From Azolla caroliniana (Eukaryota > Plantae > Polypodiophyta), in NCBI GenBank assembly GCA_043228905.1, contig JBHGNT010000001.1, forward strand, positions 26,040,001-26,104,000: DNA of 64,000 nucleotides. Direction: 5' to 3'. A program made the translations under genes and the position numbers. The notes beneath the pieces are model-generated. The model saw only the letters and a program-made list of their open reading frames with translations, made no database searches and was not told the origin of the DNA. Shown one piece after another: positions 50,870 through 61,423 of the stretch; positions within the stretch are counted from its first letter, which is position 1; every line of letters begins with the position of its first letter.

Positions 50870-53824
50870 ATGCCCAGCGCACACACAGCCGATTCCGAAC
50901 AACAGATAGCAGAAGAAGAATTCGAAACAATGGTACTGTCGGAGGAGGCACGCCAATGGATGAGGGAGAACGGGTTAAAAGGATTGCTGCGGATCGCCGA
51001 CGCTCCACCACACGCAGAACCAGAGCAGGTGGCAGCATCGATCGATTTATCAGAAATCACGGAAGGAGCGGTGTAGGCGCTCACGGGGATAAAAGTAGGA
51101 GGACTTCAAACAATCGAAAACCCTTCAAGTGAAATCCTGTTCGAATATTTCGGTGAGTACTCTATCAGCAGCAAGGCGTACCGAACACAGGACGGAGAGA
51201 ACCTGCTGTTCGGAGAAGTGGCCCGCGCCATGATGGAATACGGATTCGTGAATCCTCGTCCCCCCGCCATAGCCAGGTACCGGGCAGCGTTCTTAATAGC
51301 AGCATACGAAGGATTACAAGTAGACTGGCTCCATTTCATAACCGAAGGATTGAAGGAGGCCATCAAGAATCTTGTGGAAGGAAAAAAGCCATGGGCCGGG
51401 ATAGCACAATGGCTAACGGTGTTAGTCCCACCGGTGCTCCCCATCACACAAAAGAAAAGAGGTCGGCAGGAGACGACGCCGAAAAAGGTCACAAAGCGCC
51501 GACAGATCTTGGAGAAACACACCCCCGGATGGACCCAGCAAGAAGCAGAACAGAGGGGGGAAGGACCATCCCGACAGCAACAGGAACCGGCAACAAAGGC
51601 AAAACCGGCAGGAAAAGGCAAAGGGAAATCGGTCGAGGAGGAACCAGTAGCGCGCAAACCAATCAATATAACGCTGCGACGGCCGGAACCGGAACCAGAG
51701 GTCTTTATACAAAAGGTCCGTCTGGTAGCCGCACCGGAGGAGGAAGCTGAAACAGAAGACTCATCCGAACCACTGGTAAGACTCCTAGCAAGACAAGGTC
51801 AGGAGAGACGGGCGAAAGGACCGGCTCCACCAGTTGACAAAACTCAGCAGAGGGCGCAAGGACCACCTCCAGTAGCCGAGGCGGAAGCAGTACCGGAACC
51901 CGTACCAAGGGAAGCAGCACCGACACCGGTTGTGCCGGACTTCAGAGAACCGGTCATCCTAGAGAAGAAAAATGAACAAGCGCCGGAGCCAGAGAAAAGG
52001 CCGGAAAAACAGCCTGAGTTAAGTGAGCAAGGCCACCCCGACACAGGAAGAACAAAGCCACAATGGCTGAGATGGCTTTTGGAGCAGTTATTGGGAGTAG
52101 CGGACCAGTTAGAGAAAGAAGAAACGTGTAGGCAACAGTTGACGCATACAACAACTCAGGAGTTGGTCGCGCTCCGAACACAGATCGAGGAAATGCAAGG
52201 GGAGCTGTTGCAGGCAAGGGAAGGAATTCAACAAGCACAAGTTGTCACCGAGCCGGTCGGGACAACAAGGAAGCAACCAGAACCGGAACCGGAACCGGTA
52301 GCCTTGCAAACCGGCCCTGAGACCGAAAAAATAATAGAAACCTTACGAGAGGAGTTAAAAGCTCAGGAGGCATTAAGGGAAAGAGAAAGGGAGCAGCGGA
52401 AAGCGGTGGAGGACGACAGACGAAAAATGGAAGAAGGCCTCCGGAAAGGTCGAGCCACTAATGACTGACTGCAAGAAGAAAAAGAGAAGCTGCAAAAGGA
52501 GAAGGACCGACTGCGTCGACATGCCGAGCAGGAGATAGAACGACGGCAGGAAGAACTCCGACAACAGAAGGACCGGGACGATCGGTTAAGAGCTCAGGCA
52601 AACCGACGCCTGAAGCAGAAGACGGAGGACTTCGACCGTCTCTACCGAGATCACAAGCAGGCCGAGTCGGACAACAAGAAACGGGCAGCAGACTACGCCC
52701 GGCAAATAGAGAAGCTGAAAGAACAGCTCAAAGAGACCCGATTAGACCTGGCTAAGGCAATGGATGAGGTCAGTGCCAACAAGGAAGCATTGTCGGCGGA
52801 AATAGCCCAAGCGACGGAGAGAAGGAAGGAATTAGAGGCGCTAAGGCGGGAAAAGCTGGATCTGACCAAGATCAGGAATGAAGAAAAGGAAAAATCGACC
52901 TTCACAATCAACAAACTGCAAAGTACCTATGAAAAGCAGAAAGCGGATTACGAGGCCCAGGCTCAGATAATGGCCGACATTATAAAACGGGCAAGGAAGG
53001 AAAAGCAAGAAGCTTATGCGCATGCTAAGGCGGGGGTTGACCGGATCAAGCTCATCATGTCAGGATGGAGTACCCGAGCTCAGGCAAGCATTAACAAAAG
53101 TACGGAAAAGCTATGGAAGGAGTGGTCACAACAGGCAGCCGAGCTGCAGACACTCCGAGCGGATGCTGAGAATCGGAGGAAGACCGGTGACAAGTTCTAC
53201 AAGATGGATGAAGAAAGTATCGTCGTCATTCGGGAAGAATTGTCGGAGGATTTCTACGCTTCAGCGGAAGAACATCTCAAAGAAATCCGAGGGTTGGTAG
53301 AAAGGTTGGATGACGGGCAGCTCGCAACTCAGTTGGAGTTGGAGAGATACGAGCAGGACCGGTTACGACAGGAAGCTAAGGGAAGAACGACGCCAATCAC
53401 TATTAGTGAGGGAGAGCGACCGGCTGAAGTTGAACCAACCGACACCGAACAACCCCGACGAGGAATACCCGAAGAAGAACTTCCGTTCGAAGGAGAAGAA
53501 GAAGAGCAGGAGCAGACCGATGCCGGAGAAGAAGAAGAGCTGAGACCGGAAGACACCAGAGCAGAGGAAGCAGGTGTATCGAGCCGACCAGTCGAGACCG
53601 GAGAAAGCGACACTGGTAACAGAACAGAGGGAGAATAGGAAGAACCCGGACGAAGCGGTGAGGAAGCACCGGCACCACAGAATCAAGCAGAGCCGGAGCA
53701 GCAAATTTTTATGGAACAACCAACCCAACCAGAGGTTGGAGACTAGGCAGGCAAGGAACAGAAGGAAGAAGCACCACTTGACACCATCGAGCAGAGTGTG
53801 CTCGATATTTTGGAGGAAGAATGA
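50870..53824 (+). pseudogene. B1 extra ORF3 (985 codons): globular N-terminus, Pro/Glu linker, long coiled coil, acidic tail
   Basis: ORF pieces 50870, 51218 and 52760 share one frame, broken only by 4 stops (TAG/TGA); homologues in B2 and B3. Confidence 0.85.
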
Positions 53825-53856
53825 GGCCGGGAGTGGATTCGAAGTGCAAGGCACTT

Positions 53857-53872
53857 TCCCACGGGCGTGCCA
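53857..53872 (-). promoter_or_regulatory. Inverted PBS-like site (sense TCCCACGGGCGTGCCA) replacing the PPT of B1
   Basis: Ends in CCA 2 nt before the 3' LTR; no purine tract there; conserved in B3. Confidence 0.7.
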
Positions 53873-55678
53873 TGTGTTAGCCGGTCAGAAGAGCAAGGAC
53901 AAGTGGGAAGGCGGAGTCGGATCGGATAATAGGAAGTAAATAATAGTGGAATTATTATTCGGAGGGACGGATCCGGTACAGTTGTACCGATCCGGATCCG
54001 GCCCGATTCGGATGTCGGTTGCCTAAGCGCACCGATTGTAACCTTGCCGGATGCCTATAAAAGGATCCGATGATTTGTAAAGGGTTTGACGGAAGTAATA
54101 CAATAGTAATTATTGCGTGTTTATCTGTATCTTCGTATTGTTTACCGTCTGTGCTTAATTGTAATCATCTTACGCGTGTAACCTAGCATCCAATCCTTAC
54201 CACCCCTTTGGAGAAGTGTCGGATAGACACCTGTGTTGAGGCTAGTCCGGCCAGGCAGACAACACTACTGGCGGCATTTCACGAGAGTTCTTGGGCCGGG
54301 CACCGCGGAACGTGGGACGCGTTCGAGAAGCTGAAGGAGAAGTACTGGTGGCCGGGGTTGTACCAGGAAGTGCATCGGTTCGTAACGACTTGTAAAAGCT
54401 GTCAGATGCACTCCGTAGTCCGACATCGGGACGAGCTACACCCGACTTACCCGCCTGCGGTCCGTTTCAAGTGGATGGTGGACTTGGTGACAATGCCGAT
54501 GGGGGTAGGACAAATGCGATACCTGGTGCTTGCACGGGAAGACTTAACAAACCTGGTGTAAGGCCGTGCACTACAGAACAAGACGACCGCGGCGGTATGC
54601 CGGTTCCTGATCGAAGAGGTAGTGTGTCGGTATGGGTGCGTCGGGAGGATCGTGGCGGACCGGGTAGAGCTGGATGCGCGGGAGGCCGAGGAGCTGTTCG
54701 ACCGGCTGGGCGTCAAACTCTCCCTCACTACGGCGTACAATCCGGAGGCGAACGGGAAGGTAGAACGTGGGCACGGGCCGATCGTAAAGGCGTTGGTGCG
54801 TGCATGCGGAGGGCAGGTTGGGAATTGGCCGCGGCTCCTTCCTTACGCACTATGGGCAGACCGAACTACACAAAGTTCGGTGACAGGGTTTATGCCGGCA
54901 GAGCTGATGTACGGACAGAAGCCGATCATGCTGGGTGAACGGACGGTTTCTTCATGGGCAACGGTAGATTGGAAGGACGAGATGAGCCGGTAGGAGTTGC
55001 TGACGGCGCGGATTCGGCAACTCGAGCGGAGGCCGGAGGACATAAAGAGGGTGAAGGAAAAGCTGCGGGTGGCAAGGAGCGGAACAAGACCCAGTTCAAC
55101 CGGACACACCGGTTGCGACCGAAGAAGATCGAGGAAGGCGATTGGGTCTTGGTGTACGACAACAACCTCGACAATCAGCACAAGGCGGTGTGAAAGTTTG
55201 CTAGGAGGTGGTTCGGGCCCTACACGGTGACGAGCATGAACGACAACGGCACGTACCACCTCGCGGAACTCGACGGGACACGGCTAGCAGTGCCGGTTGC
55301 CGGGAAGCGGATCAAAGCATTCAAGAAGCGGTTCGAAGACGAGCCGGAGCCTGTGAGCGGGAGCGACAACGACGATTGGTTCAGGCCCGACGGAGAATCG
55401 GAGAGCGACGAGTGAAGCCGGTTTTCTTCGGTATCTACCCGTCTTTGGCACATGTCGGTGGATGCGCGGTTTGGTGGGGGTGGATGTCGTGAAGAAAACT
55501 GGCCATATGTGGAATCGGACAAAAAGGTGCATGAACCGGGGGTTGTCGTCGGTGTTCGTGAGTAGGACCCCGTGTTGGGTCCATTACCGGGTTGCCGGTT
55601 GTAAGCTATTGACTATAGTAATCAGATTCTTGTTTTCCTTGCTCTTCATCTCTCTCTGTGTACTTGCATCTCTCTCTC

Positions 55679-55714
<36 letters not shown>

Positions 55715-57549
55715 CTTGGTCTGAGACCCCCGTTGTCCCGCCTCTTTCTACACGCACGCTCGTAACAACGCGACAACGCTGTGAAATTCCAGTGCCTCCC
55801 TTGCGACCTTTGCTTCTGCTTGGCTTTTGCGGGCGAAGAGTACTAACGTAGCTTGATTATCTTTTGCTTTTTCCGTGATGAGCGCGATGGTTTGCTCATA
55901 ACAGTTGGTGAGCTGAGCTACAGTTTCGTGCCTTCCTAGTTGCCAAGCGTCCCGGTGTTGTTCTTTGACGACGATATGCTCGCATTGCAACTAGTGATAT
56001 GCATCGGAAATTTTCGCTCGTTGCTCCTTCGAGATCCTCCACTTCTACATATGTTCATTGGCCATGTCCTAGAAGGCTCGTTGAGGACGGCGTACTTCCT
56101 GGTTGTCAGCAAAGAGCTCTTGTTCTCATTGGCTATTCCGCCTGGTTTCTTTGATGAACCGTTCCTTAGCCTCAGTGATCGAGACTTGGAGGGTCATCAC
56201 TTGTCGTTCTCGTGCTTCAAGCGTAGCCGACCTTTCAACAAGCAAGCGCTTGAGGTCCGCTTTGCGGCTCGCGGCTTGTTCTCGTTGCTGGCCAAGAATG
56301 TTGTTGTGATTCTATTCGGCCATTTCAGCCAACGCGATCTGGGCCTGAAGCTCCTCCTGGTAGTCCCTAAGGGGAGGCCCTGTCTGGGTTGCCGCTTGTT
56401 GGAGTTGTGCCGAGGACTCCCTGTTTGTCTGTGTCGCTCATTCCATGACTTCCGGAGGTGGTGGCGTTTGTGTCGAGGCGTGGCTGGTTTGGGGATGCGG
56501 GCTGATATTTGCCCATGACGATGGCTCAGTTGCCTGTATGGAGTCTGTCATTGTGTTGGCCTCGGCCGTGGCTACCGTGGGGTGGGCGGTGTCGTCTTTA
56601 TGTGTTATAGTACCTTCAACACTCGGGCTCGGGTTCAGAAGAGTGGCTGGTGAGACAGCTTCACTCGGCGCAGGCAGGATTAAGGGCGGCTGTTGCTACG
56701 TGAGTGCCGCCAGTTTCTCCTCGGCGGCTTGCCATAGGTCGGTAGCCCGTTTGGCTTGCTGATGCGCGGTTTTGATACATCGGGCCATGTCCTTGGCTGC
56801 TCGAGTAGTGTGGTGTAGTTTGCGATATGCCTCGACTAAGGCCATGTTCAGATTCGGTAGTTCCATGAGAAGCGAAGTATTTTGGACTTGCTTCTTCCGT
56901 CCTCTCTTTTGTAAGGCTCGATCCTCGTGAGGTTCGATTTCACCCATTAGCATGCGTTGGATCATCTTTTTTTCAGCGTGCTCCTCGGCCATACGAGCGG
57001 CGGCAGCTACTTGGGCGCGAACGAGGAAATCCATTAACTCGTAAGTTGTGCCCAATCGAAGTAGGGCATTGAACTCGTATGCCTCCGCGGGGAGATCTTT
57101 GTACCCGAGGACTTCCTCCTCTGATATCTGTGTGGTTTGGCCATGCTCAATCGTTCCGACTTGGAGCCATGACTCCGCTGGTACTATGTTCATGGAGGGG
57201 GGGCTAGCCTCTTTTGATTTCTGCCGCTGGTCGCCTTCGGTTTCTGTGGTTGCCTCTCGAATGATACGACGTCTTTTTGGCGGCTGGTCCTGCGCGTCCG
57301 GGGCCGGTGGTGTTGGCTCCTCGTCCTGTTTCCTCTTCTGTTGTCGGATGGCCGAGGGCTGCTAGCTGGTGGGCTGTGTGCTCGGTTGAGGAGAGGTCAT
57401 TGCTGTCCTTGGTGGCCTCTGGCGTATGGTGACATCCTCGGGGATGGCCTCCTCGGTCTCATCCCATTCGACACGGGTTGCTATCACCGCCCGTTGTCTT
57501 TGTGTTTTTGGTGGGGGTGGGGCCGAGGCGGAAGCGGGGTGCCGAACGT

Positions 57550-58099
57550 TGTCGCGTTGTTACGCGCGTACGTGTAGAAAGGGGCGGGACCACGGGGGTC
57601 TTGGAACGAGGAGCGAGAGAGAGAGATACAGAGAGAGAGAAAGATTCACCGACACGTAGAAGCGAGAGGGAGAGAAAGGGAACGCAACACTTAATTATAA
57701 TGACAGAGATTACAAACTCCGATGGTTACAACCGACAAAGCGGCGACGGGCCCGACACAGGGACCCTACTCACGCGCACCGACGACAGTCACCGACTCCA
57801 GAACCAAAAGGGAAAGGGGAGTGACTCTGCTGGAAGCACACGGGCTGTCCACGAAGCAGAGGCAGCGACCTCCCGACACCTGTAGAGAGCGACGATTTGA
57901 GTCGAAGAGAGAGAGCTCTGCCTCCCGTTCTGCGGCAACCTCCCTCCTCCTCGTCGTGCGCGATATCCTTCTTCTCTTCTCCTCTCCTCTTTTATTCCCT
58001 GTCCCCCCCCCTGACCGGGATACGCACAATCCCCTCTAATAAATGCGTGCAGGTTAGTAGTTACATCCACCAGTTCGTGTGCCAAGTATCCAATCACGC
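57550..58099 (-). mobile_element. Family A LTR (A3), 5' ~70 bp cut off by an X insertion
   Basis: The reverse complement aligns with LTR 34403-35058; the end CGCGACA is followed by ACGT. Confidence 0.85.
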
Positions 58100-58607
58100 T
58101 GTCGTGCCTTTCGGCTCCGGATCGTTGCATGAGTCGGGTGGGAACCACAGAGGTTTTGGACTAGGAGAAAGAAAAATACAAATAAGGCTAGTAAAGAATA
58201 GGTATAAAGAGTTATAAGATAAGAATCTTGTGAATCCCACGAGTTTAGTATATTTAGTCAATATTCACGCACTCTAAAAATACATGATTTACCTTTTAAT
58301 AAAGGTATGCATAAATAAAGGTCTTATACGTATTAAATCTATATTTAAAACACTTAAGATAAGTTAGTGTAATGGTAAGGTTGGGGTTTGTCAACATGGA
58401 GGTGCAGAGTTCGAATCACGCCTTGCGTAGTAGTGAGTATTTCCTTTTTTTTTACATTTATGTCTCTTTATCCGGTTCTTCCTTGCCGGTATGCCGTTTT
58501 CTTCCTTGCCGGTATGCCGTTTTCCTCCTTGCCGGTATGCCGTTTTCTTCCGGTTCTCACCGAGCACTCCATTCTCTATCCGGAGGGACAAAAATATAAT
58601 TTCCACA
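58100..58607 (-). mobile_element. Inverted, internally deleted X-family LTR
   Basis: Reverse complement of ~61260-61423 joined to ~60626-60973 at AATATT microhomology. Confidence 0.9.
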
Positions 58608-61423
58608 AGATTCTTATCTTATAACTCTTTATACCTATTCTTTACTAGCCTTATTTGTATTTTTCTTTCTCCTAGTCCAAAACCTCTGTGGTTCCCACCC
58701 GACTCACGCAACGATCCGGAGCCGAAAGGCACGACACAGTTGGTGAACCCGACGTGAAGGCGGGTGGCAAGGAGATGGAGAATCAACAAGAGGCAATGAG
58801 CATAACGATGATGATGATGTTCGAGCAGATGCTACAAGAACAACGAGTGATGTCGGAGATCACGGGGGCAGTAAAGCGGCTCGTACAACGAAACGGACAA
58901 TTCAACGGAAACGATGTGTCACGCTATCTACGTACCTACAAGGCGGAGATGATACGATGTGGGATACCAGAAGGATTGTAAGTGACATCCTTCAATCGGG
59001 TGGCCACAGATGAGCTACAAGAGAGAATCCACAAGATACGGCAACAAAACTCGACATGGGGGTCATTCGAAGAAGCTTTACGAGAGGCATATGATTACAA
59101 GAGATCAAAGGGACAAGATCGGCGAAAATTCGACGAATGGGTGGCATCGGAGAAGACCCACCGAAGTGCAACACAAGCATTCCTAGAGTTCGAGCATCGT
59201 TTTGCTCGACTCTCGGAGCGGGAACAACGATTGGTGGGGGAGGATAAAGTCCTAATGTTCGTAAAATCGATCGATCGAAAAGAAAGGATGGACATCGGGA
59301 TCGAACTCGAAGACGATGACGGTACGAATGGTCTTACCGAAAATTGGGCCGAAGTCCAAAGGGTATGCCGGAGACATGATGAGAGGAAGATGAGAATCTT
59401 GTCAACGACATGGCCGATGAAGGATGGTCGATTGAAGACAAACGATGGAGCCGATATGAAGGCCGAAATACAACATGATGGTGCGACGGAAGAGGGTGTA
59501 AAACCAACGACGAAGGATAAGGCCGATAACCCAAGTGTAGAAGAAGATTTCAGAATACAAGTGATTGAAACATCGGGTGAAAAAGGGGTAAGCATAATTG
59601 ATGCAGTGAAAGAGAGCAAAGAGGACTTGATTGAGGAGGTCACCATGAAAGATGACATCGAATTGAAGGTGGCTATGGACGAATCAACGACGGATGGCCA
59701 TATCGAGACTTCCCCACCACTGATTCTAGAGACTCCGGCGGTTGCGTTCGAAAGGCAACGTGAGACCGAAGAGACGGAAGGTGGCGGAGAGAAAACAAAG
59801 GTCGAAGTCGATGCATACGACGGAGAGATAGCCGAGAATATGGCTATGGGTGAAACAATGGAGGATGATAATACCGAGGATTCCTACCCACTAATTCTAG
59901 AGACTTCGGCAGTTGTGTCCGAGAACCAACGTGAGACCGGAGAGACGGGAGGTGGCAGCAAGAAAGGTAAAGTCGGAAGCCGGTTTGGATGGAAGGTGAT
60001 CCGGACGGGATTCCGATCCGAAAGAAAGCCGACCCGAAAAGGGGTCGACTCGGTCAAAACCGATCGACTGAGTCTGACTTGGCTGAACGCGAATATGGAT
60101 GGAAGCCGACCTAGCCGAAAGCCGATCGGACAGAAGCTAATCCGACTCAATCGGAGGTTGGACCGGTCGAGGCTGGTGAAAACGAGGAAAAGAAAGCCAA
60201 CTGAAACCGAAACCGATAGATCGAAACCGAGCCGGAAGGAGACCAACTCAATCGAAACCGAACAACTGATTCCGATTCGGCCGAATACGAATCCGATCGG
60301 AAGCCGATCAAACCGAAAGTCGATCGGACGAGAGCGATCCGGAAAAAAGTCAAGGTTGATGAAGACAAGAAAGAGGCCAGTAAAAGACACTACCACGAAT
60401 GACAAGGGCCAAGAATATGACGAGACAGAACAAAGAATATGGTGGATCGGATGGCGACAATGGTTCGGGTGGAAAGAATGGGTCTACTCATAATGGAGAG
60501 ACAAAGTTGACATAGCGGGACAAACGGAGGATGAAGGGGAGACAACGAGCATCGGCAACTTCGGCACATACCGGAGGATGTGCGGGTTTGGAGGGGGCGA
60601 GTGTCGTAGTGTAGGTTGCACACTATGTGGAAATTATATTTTTGTCCCTCCGGATAGAGAATGGAGTGCTCGGTGAGAACCGGAAGAAAACGGCATACCG
60701 GCAAGGAGGAAAACGGCATACCGGCAAGGAAGAAAACGGCATACCGGCAAGGAAGAACCGGATAAAGAGACATAAATGTAAAAAAAAAGGAAATACTCAC
60801 TACTACGCAAGGCGTGATTCGAACTCTGCACCTCCATGTTGACAAACCCCAACCTTACCATTACACTAACTTATCTTAAGTGTTTTAAATATAGATTTAA
60901 TACGTATAAGACCTTTATTTATGCATACCTTTATTAAAAGGTAAATCATGTATTTTTAGAGTGCGTGAATATTTTATAGAAAAACGCAAGCAACTAAAAA
61001 GTGACTCATGTACATCTAGCGTGCATGAGCACTATATTTAGCAAATAAAAGCAAGGATTAGAAAAGCATCACATATACATTTAGTGTGCATGAACATATT
61101 AGAAAAAAGCATGTAGCTATGCTTAGTCTCTCCCATCACTATATAAGGATGGGGAGCACATTGTAGTTTTTGTTGATTATTTTTCTATAATGATCAATCA
61201 ATCTAAAATATTCGTGGGATTCACGAATTTGCTAAAATAATTCTCTCTTACTACCTAAATATTGACTAAATATACTAAACTCGTGGGATTCACAAGATTC
61301 TTATCTTATAACTCTTTATACCTATTCTTTACTAGCCTTATTTGTATTTTTCTTTCTCCTAGTCCAAAACCTCTGTGGTTCCCACCCGACTCACGCAACG
61401 ATCCGGAGCCGAAAGGCACGACA
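58604..61423 (+). mobile_element. Gag-only non-autonomous LTR retrotransposon X (TR-GAG-like)
   Basis: 5' LTR end 58604-58736, Trp PBS 58741, gag-like ORF 58775-60493 (one stop), PPT GGAGGGGGCGAG, 3' LTR 60602-61423; no PR, RT or IN. Confidence 0.85.
58775..60493 (+). pseudogene. X Gag-like protein: family A capsid-like N-terminus plus acidic repeat and basic tail
   Basis: FNGNDVSRYL, FEHRFARLS..KVLMFVKSID..GLTENWAEVQRVC align with family A Gag (FSGKDATSYL, FEERFARLS..RVLLFVKSVD..GLTTDWAAVKRVC). Confidence 0.75.

Larger units (their letters stand above)
44368..54264 (+). mobile_element. Full-length non-chromovirus gypsy B1 (LTRs 44368-44757 and 53875-54264, 390 bp each)
   Basis: Exact TSD CTACT (44363-44367 / 54265-54269) restores host EELLAAFH. 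The LTRs differ at about 8 of 390 sites, mostly transitions. Confidence 0.97.
34403..55775 (+). mobile_element. Family A gypsy A1: LTR 34403-35058, internal 35093-35435 / 41782-44367 / 54270-55484, internally deleted 3' LTR 55485-55775
   Basis: TGTCG...CGACA LTRs; protease, RT (42160-43557), RNaseH and integrase remnants; PPT GGTGGGGGTGGA; 4-bp flanks GCGC/ACGC. PBS and most of gag are missing. Confidence 0.85.
33768..57549 (-). pseudogene. Family B-related extra ORF (B2), in two pieces (55776-57549 and 33768-34402) separated by the A1 nest
   Basis: Joining the pieces restores AREALEFH-ASIGMDDTKIK..EWSAQATNLHILRADAENRRKQGRGFYKMDD..ILGILEEE*, homologous to B1 ORF3 (LRADAENRRKTGDKFYKMDE; VLDILEEE*). 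Confidence 0.8.

Noticed and set aside
50870-53824. ORF3 as a retroviral envelope gene
   Set aside because: No visible signal peptide, furin site plus fusion peptide, or C-terminal transmembrane anchor.
58360-58430. True tRNA gene
   Set aside because: A and B boxes are present, but the acceptor and anticodon stems do not pair; kept only as a tRNA-like module.
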